Below, piece after piece: positions 27,801 through 40,510 of a DNA stretch of 64,000 nucleotides (the stretch's first letter is position 1; the number at the start of each line of letters is the position of its first letter). A model generated the notes under the pieces. It made no database searches. It saw only the letters and a list, made by a program, of their open reading frames with translations, and was not told the origin of the DNA. The stretch comes from Blasia pusilla (lineage: Eukaryota). Where the stretch lies: contig CM114271.1 in NCBI GenBank assembly GCA_050084515.1, positions 10,602,001-10,666,000 of the forward strand. Reading direction: 5' to 3'. Position numbers and translations under genes: made by a program.

Positions 27801-30442
27801 CAATCTCAACAGCATGGTCCCTCCTAAACTCATGGTAATCATCCATGGGTGGTCCCTCCAAGTGCTGAAACAACCCCTTCCAAGCCAAGAAGGGTGTAAA
27901 CAACGTGGCATTCCGCAACATCTGCATATCACACCACGTATCAAACTCATGAATGAAGTCCTCCGACTCAATGGTGCCCACTGCACCCAAGTATCATCGT
28001 GGGCCCTTCATGGCCCCATACATCCCGTCCATGTCCCAAATCAATGGAGCTGCAACACTCGATAACAACGTAGAAGACTTGGTGTTTGGAACAACTTCGT
28101 CCTCCTCTTCATCAACCATCGGAAGTGGAAAAGGTAGCCAATACCTCAATCCGCTCCATGGTCCCCAACCATATGACCAGACAGCTCCGTGATGACCAAC
28201 ACCGATGCCGCACCACCACCAAATCACCATCACTAAGTAACCAAGTGACGTCGATGTCGCTGTACTATTCTAGCTCTAGTAGCTATGGGTGTGGGCAACC
28301 TAACCTGTCATCACCACAAGAAGCCTCCCACGGTCTACTGGTCATCACTACAGTCTCACCGTGAGAGAAACAAATAAAGTCTCACTGGTCATCACTCCAG
28401 CCTCACTACCGATAGCACACGAGTTAAAATACTCTGGAAATCAGCGTCAGCCCTAACAATGGGCGTGAAAGCAAGAAGCAACGATGGAGGGGATCCAAAT
28501 ACAGGAAGTCCAACGACAACCCTCCAATCGCAAATGGAAGTAAAAAACGGAAATCAAGGTAACACAATCCACCAAACATGGCGTCCCCTGAATCCACAGA
28601 AACAACCACACAATTCTAACGCAATAGTTACTCCGCCGCTGGTCCATGACTTGCTAGTCGCACTCGCAACACCTAAAAATGTCACTTGCATGGAGAGGCC
28701 ACACCGTACTATGCGCTAGAGGTCCATCAACCTAAAACCCGAGATGCATAAAAGCGCCTAACACATCTACAAAAAACACCAAATGAACTACACCAGTGTG
28801 TACACTGGCATAGTTAAGTACTCAGCAGTTAAGCGTCTTCCAAGCACAATAGCCCAAGGATGGGTGACCACTTATGCAACACTCAACGCAAAAATCCTGC
28901 AAAAACAACCTCACGCCCAAGTAAGCATGCTTGCTCCTTACTCCGTCTCTCACGCCCACTCGCCCCGAGTTGCCTCGAAGCCTCGAAACGCCGAGAAATG
29001 CTCGAGACATGCCCCGTTCGCCACGCTTTGCTATGCTTCACTATGCTTCGCTATGGAGAGAGGCCCAACCAGGGCGCCCCAAGTGGGATAGGCGTCTCCA
29101 AAAATGGACAAGTCACCAACCAACCAGCCCCTCCGATCTGATGTCAACTATAGCCAGACTTCGTGTAGCGTCTTTTTTCGTACACCAGACTAGGCTGGAA
29201 ATTCGTATATTAGGCTAGCTATCCTCTTAGCACTATCGAGTGTGAGGGCTCGAAGGGAAGGGAAACATGCGTCGTAGACGCCGAAGGGCCTTCAGGGACA
29301 CCCAGCCGCTGTTACGCTCTTCTCAAAGTTTCCGCCCTTCTACTCATGGCAACCCTTGTTCCTCTTCGCTTCTTTGTTGGATCTTTAGCACTTAGCGCTG
29401 TGGTTGTATGTAAGCCTTATGTTATCCGTCTTACAAGGCCAGGGATATCCATTGCGGCAGCTTACTGGCCTAAGCGCTATGTGACCTTGAGCTAGTCCGC
29501 AAGATTTTGACCAACGATTACTCCACAAATCCTCAACCAAAATTAAATTTGTTTCAACCAGAATTCAATTGGACACCATAGTTACCCCTCCACAAAAAAT
29601 CAGCTACAATCAAGCTCTATACTTTGAGCTAAAAATCAGACAAACTTGCTGTCCATGCACCTCCAGAATCGCAAATCCAACAGCGCTTCCGCCCACATTC
29701 ATGCACACAGAAATCTGCAACACTCTTTCACCACAACAGCAATCCGCTCCACACACTCAAGCCGATAGCGTCACATGAGATCACAATAGAGGTAGCAATA
29801 GGAATCTCCAACCTACAGAGCTTCTGCACTCCAAGCTCTCCACATTAGAAAACCGTCGAACACGAACCAGAATCTTAAATCTTTGATAACTTCCAACTCC
29901 CTTGACCAGATGGGGCGATCTAAAGAGTGTTGGAAAGCTCTCAGCAAGACGCTTCTTTCCCAACCAACCATGCACCAGATCCACACCTCCAACATAGGCC
30001 ACAAGCCACAAACATCCACGGCTGAGTGCACAACCAGCCCTAACCAGATCCTATTGATCTACTCCAGTTCTTTGAGTGAAATCCGTGAAAGAGCTATTTT
30101 CATAAAACACCTATAGAATCACATACAATCGAGCCAAACCCACTCCACGATGGGAGAATCCAGGTCGAAGCTTGCAGGAACCACCATAGCCAAGAGCTAC
30201 TCACTACCAAGGCTAACTCCCAACGCAACAAGCTCAACTCAAAGAACTAACTGTTCTTTGAGTACACTCTACACTCTACCCTCCAACCTAAGGATGGGCC
30301 CTACTGGAAAAGTCACCCTCAACGGAGTAATCCTCAACCCTATGTATGAAACCGAATCCCTACCTAGACACTACGGCCCTACATAAGGTATGGCCTCTAC
30401 TAGCACACTATACTCTACGACATAATCCGTATGGTCATGACA
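24804..30442 (-). mobile_element. Complete-ended non-autonomous gypsy-PHD family element with split direct repeats
   Basis: L1 30079-30442, PPT ~25386-25395, S1 25279-25385, L2 24912-25276, S2 24804-24910. Perfect 4-bp TSD acta (24800-24803 / 30443-30446) inside the chromovirus 3' LTR. Confidence 0.88.
25560..28233 (-). pseudogene. gag - aspartic protease joined by an internal deletion to the integrase-tail/PHD
   Basis: FIHEFDTWCD..WKGLFQHLEGPPMDDYHEF (gag-like); RVLLDSGAQPLMLGK (protease); jump at ~25776 to HVRNCAPCH..CMLCGS..MLVCDRC. Confidence 0.82.
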
Positions 30443-31200
30443 ACTAGCGTTCGGGGAATTTGATTGTATTTTGGACCATGACGTTTAGCCCCAAGATGTG
30501 TTTGGGACAAATAAGGATGCGTTGGAAAGCTTCTCTTGAGACACTTCCAACGCATCAAAGATCTTAGCAAACACATAAGTACAAACCGAGATATTGGCCA
30601 AAAATGAGTGTGAGAGCAATCGGGTTGAGGGCCAATTGGAGAGGCCCGGGTGTCTTTCCCTAAAAGTAGGGGAACCTCGGAGATTCCCAGAAGTACTAGT
30701 AAGGGAGGAGTCTCTCCAAGATGTCTTGGAACACGAATCCCCACTTTGAGCGCCAAACGGCGTCTAAGAGGCACAGGATGGAACGGGAGTTTGGCGTTGG
30801 AACTCGAAACCCAAACGTGATCCAAGAGAGTGGACTTTGTATACCACACTTGGATTCCAACCTGAGATTCACTTTGTGCGAGTCTCGATTAGGGACTCAT
30901 TGGATGTCCATCGGACAGTTGGAACCGCCAGGCGCGAAACGCCGTTTGAGGTTCCTGAACCGACCATAAAGTCTCTCCGAAGTCTTTCGAGACTTTCCCG
31001 TGTTGTAAATCGCGAAACTAGGAAGGTTGAGCTTGATGAGAGACCGAGACGAGAACTCGGAAAGTTAGCCCGCTGATTGATCCAAGACCCGACTAACCAG
31101 AGTGCGTGTTTGGATGCAGATCAGCGTTGAGAGCGTGACCTACTAAACGCATGCTTCTGCAACAACAAGATTAACGTTCAAGGAGAGTAGGCACACGACA

Positions 31201-32663
31201 ATGCTAGTCTGTGATGGGTGTTCGAGAGGATGGCATATGGCATGTTTGACCCCACCTCTCACTAGGGTTCCTCAGGGATGATTTTTGTGCGCATACACAT
31301 CGCTACACAACATACATCGCTGTCACCAAACACACACACAAACACGCACGATCCCATGCTAACTCATGGCATCCAAACAACGAGACAAGAAGTAAGATCC
31401 AATCTCTCTCTACACCATCTCACACCATAGCTCTCAAAGGTGTGCACTCTCTCTCATGTCAAACCAAACCTACTCTCTTAATGAGAGGCTTGGGTTACAC
31501 TCATAAGGCAAGGGACCATAGCTCCGCCGCCTCATGTCAAGAGGTTCAACAAAGAGAGAGTGAACTCTCAAGCTCTCTCTCCTTGAGGTATACCCCTCCC
31601 CTCTCCCAAGCTCTCTCCATGGTAACCTATTCTCCCAAGTCACCTCCTTGGCTCTTGACCTGATGTAGGAGGTCAAGGGCAACTTACAAAAAATAGAAAG
31701 TCGATCATATACTCAAAATGGTACTTATCTAAAATAGTAAGTTCCTCAATATGCCTCCAAATGAGCCGAAACGAAGGGGAAACCTTCTCTCTCATGTTCC
31801 TCGGGGCCTCAGCAAGTCATCCTCGACCTACTCAGCGTGTCCTCCACTACTCACGAAGGCTCTCTCCTAGATCTCACCGATCTATCATAAAAGACGTGAC
31901 ACGATGGATGTGTCTCAAATGTACATAGAGTAGGTAGTTCTACATTCTGACTTGTGTCTGTGACATGGATGATAAGAAGGCGACTAACGATGGGGCCACA
32001 TGAGCACCCGACCTTCTTGCTCTTAGCGTCCGAGAGATGTATGTCATGGTAGGTAGGGATAGATAGCTATCTAGAGTTAGAGGGACCTAACCACCATCTA
32101 GGGGGGCGATTGGAGATATTTTGGTACTTCTTGTCTCGTTGTTTGGATCCCATGAGTTAGCATGGGATCGTGCGTATTTGCGTTTGTGTATATTGACAGC
32201 GATGTGTATGCGCACGACAACTGTCACGTCTTTTAGGATAGATTGGTGAGATCTAGTAGAGCGTCTTCGTGAGTAGTGGAGGACATGCTCAGTAAATCGA
32301 GGATGACATGCTAAGGCCCTTCGTTTCGGCTCATTTGGAGCCATATTGAAGAACTTACTATTTTAGGTAAGTACCATTTTGAGTGTATGATCAACTTTCT
32401 ATTTTTGATATGTAGCCCTTGACCTCTTACATCAGGTCAAGGGCCAAGGAGGTGACTTGGGAGCATAGGTTACCATGGAGAGAGCTTGGGAGAGGGGAGG
32501 GTATACCTAAAGGAGAGCTTGAGAGCTCATTCTCTCTTTGTTGAACCTCTTGGCATGAGGGGGCGGAGCTATGGTCTTGCTTGCCTTGTGTGTGTAACCC
32601 AAACCCACTCTCATTAGGAGAGTGGGTTTGGTTTGACGTTGAGAGAGACATGTGAGAGTGCAC
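31201..32663 (+). mobile_element. 3' end of another gypsy-PHD copy (PHD, 3' UTR, PPT, S1, truncated L2), interrupted by a solo unit
   Basis: [26 protein letters not shown] | RWMCLKCT*. PPT at ~32101, S1 to 32219, ac, then TGTCACG at 32222. Confidence 0.8.
31283..31901 (-). mobile_element. Solo L-S unit (solo-LTR equivalent) of the gypsy-PHD family
   Basis: Reverse complement of 17720-18360, flanked by 4-bp TSD tgat/cgat inside a PHD coding fragment. Confidence 0.82.
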
Positions 32664-32809
32664 CAAATAAGCCAAATAGATGGCTCCAAATATGGCTCCA
32701 AATGAGCCGAAACGAAGGGGAAACCTGCTCTCTCAGGTTTCGCGAGGCCTCAGCAGGTCATCCTCGACCTACTGAGTCTGTCCTCCACTACTTACGAAGG
32801 CGCTCTACT

Positions 32810-33404
32810 GAAATGTTCTTTCATGCTCATCTGAAATGCTCTCTCTTGCTCATCCCCCCGGCGCCACTCCTGATCCACCTTGGTCATCAAGGTTAGCGGC
32901 TTCGCAACCGAATTGAAACCCTTGATGTACTGTTGATAGAAGTTTGCCAATCCCATGAATGCAAGAACTCGACTCACATCTGTAGGATGTGGAATGCGTG
33001 AAATAGCCTCTACCTTCGTCTGTTGCACACCAAGGCCCCCTGGGTATATTGTATGACCCAAGTACTCAATCTGGTCGTAGAAGAACTTGCACTTTCCTGG
33101 ATGTAGCTTCAGCCCATGTAATTGCAATCGTCGAAACACCTCCTCTAGATGTCGCTCATGCTCCTCAACCGTGGCGCTAAAGACTACGATGTCATCAATA
33201 TAACACCTAGCAAAATCCAGACCTGCCAAGATCCTATCCATGACCCTCTGAAACTCAACCGGGTGTTCTTTAACCCGAATGGTAAAAACCGCTTCTGGTA
33301 CAAACAATCCTTCCCGTGAGGATTGATGCCCCAAAATGCTGTCTTTTGCATGTCCTCCAATCTGATAGGGAGCTGATGGTATTCGGCTCGCAAATCCAAT
33401 GAAC
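32810..33404 (-). pseudogene. Ty3/gypsy reverse transcriptase fragment, probably of the gypsy-PHD family, in a rearranged block
   Basis: LDLRAEYHQL..KTAFW..LPFGLKN..FQRVMD..CYIDDIVVFS..KLHPGKCKF..YLGH..FMGLANFY. Flanked by an L fragment (32688-32809) and PPT-S (33405-33540). Confidence 0.85.
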
Positions 33405-36400
33405 TAGGGGCGATTGGAGATATTTTGGTACTTCTTGTCTCGTTGTTTGGATTCCATGAGTTAGCATGACATCGTTTGTGTTTGTGTGTGTGTTCGGTAA
33501 CAGCGATGTATGTTGTGTAGCGATGTGTATGCACACGGCATATCATTAAAAGAAGATGGGATTAGAAGAAATCTCCTAGGGTGTTAGCACCTATCCCTTC
33601 TATAATTAGCAAATATCATCTGGAAGTAATTAGAGGAAAATCTATCATCCGTGCATCCACTCGTAATTACAACCCCTGCAATATTCGACTTCGAGTACAA
33701 TATCTTACAGAATGCAAATTATTCGACAAGATTCTCAACCCTCGAATATGAATTTTTCATGTCGGATGGATATGAACTTTCCCAATTATTCTACCATGTT
33801 AATATTCTCATCGGCATGGAATAGATTATTATTCTCTACCATACTATTATGTGCCTTAATCTATGTTATTGTGGGAGAGTGCCTTTTTTATTTACAAATA
33901 TGTTTTTCTTGATACGTGACAAACAAACAATAAAAAAATGTTTCATATGTTAGGGACACAAAATTTTTTCAATTTGTGTGCAATATCATTATTAATATTT
34001 TCATAAAATATATACTAATAAAAATTATTCAAAATTTTTTTATTTATTATTTCTACAATATATTTTTTTATCGTTGGTAAATTTTTAATAATTTCCCCTC
34101 CAAGGTTTGCATTATTGACTAGTGTATTAATATTTTGGAAACTACACCGTATACTGATTACATTAAAAATGTGCATGAACTATGTAAATAACAATGTAAC
34201 ATCTCTTCCGATACATAAAAGGACGCGGAAACCGCGGGACGCACGCGCGAGACACATCGACGTTAGTCAAAGCCTCGAAGGAGACTTCAGTGTGTTAAGG
34301 TAAATCTATGGAAAAGTCTGCGGGCCAGTGGAAAGGCGGACTGGTCACTGGAGTGTGGAGTCTGTGGACTGGACCCGCTGCCGTTGTGGTACTGAAGGTA
34401 GTAAGGGTAGTACGTGCAATACGCGTCGGGAGCCGAAAGCCAGATGGTGATCATCATGATCACAAACTGTGCCAGGTGGGCCTATTCTTCTTCCCTTGTG
34501 TCTCGTGTTGTACCCTGTGCAGAAGGTTCTAGATGCCTTGGGAGAACAGGGCGTTTCCTGGAATCCTGGGAAGAAAGACGGGGAGGCGAGAGGGAACGAC
34601 GACTTTGTATCACGGCGATTGGGCTCTGTGAGATCGATGCGCGTTTGCGAGATCCATTCCACGTCGCATTCGGAGCTGACTGTAGAGGCAGCGGATTTGC
34701 AGTGAGCTTCCTGCTTTCGGAGGGATTTTGTGAGCTGTTCGTGTCCAAATTGGTAAGTTCTTCCATCTTCCCGCCGTGGCGCGTGTTGTTGTTGGTATTG
34801 TTATGGCAGGCCGCCTCTGACGCACGGGACACGTGAAGGCGTTCTTGATGCACGGAGGCACGGTAGGATAGCTCACGAGTACGCTATGGTCCTGGTAGTG
34901 AAGTTCTGCGATTAGAAGCGAGAGGAACTCGGTTTAGAGGAAAGCCCGAGAAGGAGCGGCTGTGGCAACTGACCTAAAGACAACCTCGGAAGTCTAATAC
35001 CTCATTATCTTCCTTGGGTTTCAATTCCAGATCGGCAGCATCAGTGCCCGGGGACAGCTGTGCAGCCTGAAACGAATCGAACACAGAGAGAGGAAGGCGA
35101 GGATTTTGGTGTAATATTTTGAACGAAAGGTACTCTTCCTCTCTCCTTAGGGGTCGTATGCGCTTGCCTCAATCTCGCCAATCGATTGCCGGAAGCCTGG
35201 TTCGATAGGTTTGCTTTTGTAGTTGGTTGTTAAGTGGATCACATTCTGGTCCAACTCTGCCGCTTCTACTGATTTCTTCATCAACTTCGTCACTTCCTTT
35301 CAATAGAGAGCTTCGACAATTGAAGGGTGAGCATTCGTAATCGGAAAATCCTAGGATTCTCCTCACTTAAACTCGGTTGGCCGATTCACATCCCGATTTC
35401 ACCTGAGAAGGAGTAGAACACTACAGTCAGGAGACGTTGACTGTCTTTAACACACTTGATTAAATCCGATGGGATTGAGTGTAGCCAACACTTGACCTGT
35501 TGCTGTACGCGCAAATGATTGGCACTTTGGATAATGTTGAAGAGGGTGGTCTGACTATGAGCATTCATAAAATCGAGGAGACACGTGCTATGGAAATCGT
35601 GCGGCTGTGACTGTCTCGCAAGGTCTCATTGTATTCCTATCAAATCGCAATCTGTGACACTTCTATCCCCATCGTTTGCTCTACCCTTGTTGATATCTTT
35701 TCCAGATTCCAATATGCGTAGACACTCTCCAGAAGATTCGTGAATCGAAATGGAAAATTTTCGTTTTCCCTCTAGAACCCTCGGTAGACCTTCTCCCCGA
35801 GTCCCCTATTTTGTGTGTGGAGACTCTGAACTGAGTCCAAGGCTGGCACCAGGATGGTGAAATACCATGGTAAGAAATCACGATTATAAGTCCTCGGCCA
35901 ATACCGTTACCATGCCCATCGTGACATCCATTACATATTTCTTGAACTTCGGATATCTGCTGCTGTCACGAGGTCACTAACATATGCAGTCTTCTGAATG
36001 GTGTGGTCTTCACCAGACGTCATGATTGTGAGATCGTACTCCATGTTGAAACGTCGATCAGAACTGGATGTTTCTTACTTCGCTCTGCTTGAATGTTCAG
36101 GACAACGTCTTGAAGCCTGTCACACTTCCGTTTCGCTTGAAAAGCACGGCTAACTGCAGGCAGGAGAATAGTCCAATTGGCCTGGTTGTATCTAAGGTTT
36201 TTTTTTCGTTGACTTGAATGCACAGATTTTTCTGTTTACTAACTAGAGTGCTACTGTTGGAGTGACTACTATTGAAATGACCACGGTCATCTTCATCTAA
36301 AAAGTTCTTTTGAACATATGCCTGAGGTGTTTTCAAGCCTCACTATGTTATTGGTAGGGAGGGCAGCTCCTCCAAACATAACAGCACATAATGCTGCTGT

Positions 36401-37284
36401 CATGCATGCGCTCTAGGTGATCCTCACAACGAAGCAAATAGCTCAGATAGTGTGAGTGGCGTCCCAACATCTGGATCAGACCCATACTCCCACTCATTCA
36501 AGAAGTTTTGGAAGTGAAACTCCTCTCCAATCCTTTTTTAGGTGAGAAATGGCATGAGAGCACAAATTTTACCAATCTAGAAGCGTGACTCTGCACATTA
36601 TCAGACGGGTGGATCCCAGCTTTGCTCTGTGGCCTGTTGAAGTTACTTACCCTTGCCAGTCTTCAATATGTGACTTCCGAGGCTGAAAGCATAGCTGTTT
36701 CCCTCTTTGTCTCTGTAAATAAGCTTTTCCCTTCTACCCAAAGCTGGCTTAGATGTTTTAAACTCCTGTTCTTTATCCAGTTGAGTGCAAAACAATAAAT
36801 AATCCCCTAACACAATAGACATTTCGAAATGTTACGCAACCTCTTCAAAGAAATGATACAACAATCTGTCCAGAACCCAGCTTCTGACAAAAAAATACTG
36901 AGATTTGAAGATGGAATAAAAAGTTTAGCAGCATTCCTATTATTTATCCCCCTAGTATACAAGTTTTGAACTAATTTATCACTAAACTATGTCTTTAACC
37001 AGTTCTTCCGCAAGACTAAATTTCATCATCAACACATCATAGGTCAGGTGACATGTTCAATAAAGAGAAAGTCAGTGAAGAAAATATTCTGTTCGCTTCT
37101 TGCATGTCCATGTATATGCCCATCATGCTAAAGTCAAGTACTTGTAGAGCTTAGGTTTGGGTTACATTTGCTCACCAAGGTTTTGAATGTGCAGTTGAAT
37201 GGTTTCGTTGTGGCAGGGACACCTGATGACAACAATAACTTGGGTTTTGGCATGTGCAGAATTTTTTTGAAAGGGCTATAAAGG

Positions 37285-38771
37285 ATGGTAGGGCTTGTTT
37301 TGGCAAAGGATTACTGTGGAGATCAAGGGATTGGTCAGGCCGTTGAGAAGTGTCCATTCCTTCGGAATATTGCAAAGCCTACCGTTTTTGCATTCAACAC
37401 TCATGTGACTACCGCTGTGAGTCTCTTTTCCCACTTCTTCAACTGCACTGACTCTCAATGTGCCTCTCTTAGCTATCATGACTATAGTTTGGTTCCTTCG
37501 AAAGATACGTGGTCACATTCATACAACACTGCCCTCTTTGATATTGTTTCCAACAGTTAGGAAGGATTTGTTGTGATACTTGGATGTCTCGTCCTTTCAT
37601 GAGGTTGGTACTTGGAGAGAGTTCAGTGACTTCCACTTTATCTAATGATCTTCTCTGCTTCTTCAGCCTAGGGGAGCTAGGGGACCAATATTTGAGGATG
37701 GACCCAACTTCGAGACAATGTTCAGCTTATTTCATGGTCGAGATGGAGTCGTACCTCTCCCAGAAAGGAATTCATTTGGTCTTGATACTTTTGATTCACC
37801 TGCTCCAATAAGCACAAAGTTCAACCCATTAGCAGCAGCTGCAGCATCTATCAGTATGTCCTTCGGAAGTGGAGGTGGACCTTTTGGATTTGAGGCCTTC
37901 ATGGCAAGTAACTTCAAAAAGTCAGTTGGAAGGAAGCAGAAGTCCAAGAAAAAGGAGCCAAAGTCTGAATCACCTTCTGATGTATGCGCCTCAACTTGTT
38001 GCCCATGATCAGTTCCTTTATCATTATTTGATATTAGCATATGCACAGCTTTTGCTCTCTGGTATTTTGCTCTCTCTCAAGATCCGTCCAACCAGGGCGC
38101 GGGGTCTATGGTCGCATGGCTACGACCGGCAAGACTTTATGAGTACAGTCTCTCTGGTATTTAATTGTGATAGATGAGCATCTTATGTCAACTTGGGGTA
38201 TGATTTGTCTCAGGGACAGTCACATGAAGCAGGTAGTGAATGGCTCACAACTGGAAATTGCCCAATCGCAAAATCATATCGCGCCGTTGGTGGGATTCTT
38301 CCTTTGATGGCAAAAGCCATGAAGCTCCCAGCTAATATGAAGTACAAATGCCCTCCAGCAATTGTTGCCGCAAGAAAAGCATTAGCTGGGACTGCAGCTG
38401 TTAAGACATTACGTCCACAAGCGCTACATACGAAAGTCCTGGCTATTGGTTGCCTGGGGATGATGTTGAACATACCCTTAGGTATGTATAGAGAACACAC
38501 AGTAAAGTTTTCCCCACAATGGATTCTTGCAGTTCATGCTACTGTACCATTTATCGCAATGCTAAGGAAAGCTGTGGTCATGCCGAAATATGCCATGGCT
38601 TTCACAATTGGATCTGCCATTCTGGGACAAGCTATCGGAGCTCGAGCTGAGAGGGCCCGGTTGCTAGCAAATGCTGCTAGTACCAATCAAAGCTGTGATT
38701 GTAAAGTGCTTGTGGCTGCTCCAACATCATCACTAGGAATCAATACTTCACCAACAGTGGCTGTATGTTAA
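37285..38771 (+). CDS. NHR2: Conserved plant protein, NHR2-like (Arabidopsis At5g45410/At4g25030 family); 3 exons 37285-37416, 37667-37981, 38214-38771; 334 aa
   Basis: GT-AG introns join in frame. Motifs CPFLRNI, GPIFEDGPNF..FHGRDGVVPL, FNPLAAAAASIS, EWLTTGNCPIAKSYRAV, LRPQAL, REHTVKFS..HATVPFIAMLRK, GQAIGARAER. Family recognised from memory. Confidence 0.85.
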
Positions 38772-39422
38772 GTCAACAACAGCCAGCAGTTGAGGGCCAT
38801 GACATGTTCTTCCAACCCTTCCCACATTATCCCCAAAGTCCGTTATATAAAATTTAGTTCTAATTTGAAGAGATCTTCCTTTGTTCATGGCTCACTTTGT
38901 CTTAAAGTGAAGATTTGCCACCTTTTCCGTCTCAGATCCTCATTATTGTTGGATGCCTCTGGAACATTGATCTGCTCCTGAGGCATGTGTCAGAGGACGC
39001 AATAAAAGTCATACCTGGAACATAATAAAATGATCTTGAATGATTGGAACAAGTTCTTCCCTCTGTACTTTGTTTGATAAACCAGATGGTCTAAGCAATG
39101 AAAGAACATCAATTCCGCCATCATAGTTGTGATGTGAAACTTATGCAATGTGATTGGCCTCTCATTATGTTCAGAGTTCATGGTGTGAGTTGTGCCCTTA
39201 AGTTTTTATTTAAACAGAAGGTATTCTGGACTGTATTCTGATTGCTGAAGATATTATCAGCAGAATGTCTCTTTCATTATGGGACCATCACTTGAATGTA
39301 GTTTGATTAATTAGTCTTACACATTATCTGTTGTCTGAGAATATCTCCATTCCTTGCTAGCTCCTTGTCGATGTCTTTATTGTACACTTTATTGTATCAT
39401 ATTTAACTATCCAATATGAATT

Positions 39423-39726
39423 GTGCTGCTATTCACACTATTCATTTCATCTTTGTTTTTTTAGTAAAATAAACTGGCCTCCCTTTCTTGATGACTGGTG
39501 TGTAAATCCCCTTGTAATCAAAAACAATTTAACTCCATCCCTCACACTACTCATTTTGGAAAAAAATTCCCATTTTTACCCTACTCAAATCACTCATCTC
39601 CTCACCGAAGAAAAAATAGTACCCTCTCCTCTTCCCTCTGAATCAATCCCCTTGGCAATGCCGACTCTAGAGGTCTTCCAAAGTGGAATGCTTGTAAGTG
39701 CAATTGGATAGTGTGAATAGCAGCAC
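39423..39726. mobile_element. MITE-like element (~300 bp)
   Basis: Inverted repeat gtgctgctattcacactat at 39423-39441 and its reverse complement ending at 39726. No clear TSD. Confidence 0.55.
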
Positions 39727-40510
39727 CTTGTACGACAAAGTGTCACCATATAGATTGTACTCTCCACCATTGAAATAATCCATATCCTTACCCACACATA
39801 CTCCATATGATTTTGACCACACCTTTATAATTACATTGCTTAATATACAAATAAGCTCCAATGATTTCATCACATGACATATACACAAGCCCAATTACTA
39901 GACTAAAAAATAAATTCTCTTAAAGATTATGTTGGAAAGTTTTTTATTGCTCATAAGTTGGTCCCATTGTGCTCTCTTGGAACTCAAACATGTTGAAAAA
40001 GCATGACCAATATTTTCCCGGCATCTCCTTACATCTTGGTTGTAAGGTTTCATGGAGACTTATTGCATAACTATGGATTCAAATTGTTAATTATTTTGGT
40101 TTAAAGTAGATAATAACCCAATACGATTACCAATAAATTTGTTCAAAAATTTCCCCCGAATTTTCTTACAAAAATATCTCTATTGAGAGTAGCTAAGTTA
40201 TGATCCTAGAATTAATGAACATTTCTTCTTGAAAAATAATCACAAGGGGATGCGGAATGAGTCGGATGACTCCAAAGTATCAAAGATCAATATAGATTCC
40301 TCATAAATTCTCTATTAATTAGTCTCAAGCAATACATGTTGGCATAATATCCTTCCTATGGATTTCCATTTGAAAAATGTAGAGATTATGGATTTTATTT
40401 GAATTTTTAACATGAAAATTACCATTCTATATTCCAATAAGTATCCATCTATATGTAATACAAATACATTAGTAAACAAATGTGTTTCGCTCAGATTGCT
40501 CTACCACCAT

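Larger units (their letters stand above)
18496..31200 (+). mobile_element. Chromovirus (Ty3/gypsy) LTR retrotransposon, decayed; 5' LTR truncated and 3' LTR interrupted by 24804-30442
   Basis: The last ~70 bp of both LTRs are near-identical (ending 18888 and 31200, ..ACGACA). tRNA-Met-type PBS, gag-pol with chromodomain, PPT-like ggaaggttggt at ~24756-24766. Confidence 0.85.

Noticed and set aside
14014-33540. DIRS/Ngaro tyrosine-recombinase element suggested by the split repeats
   Set aside because: No YR motif seen. The integrase is a DDE/rve type, and insertions have TG..CA ends with 4-bp TSDs.
34308-35130. Overlapping short ORFs upstream of the NHR2-like gene
   Set aside because: No recognisable motifs. 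More likely GC-rich promoter/5' UTR, with a candidate donor at 35130 and acceptor at 37259.
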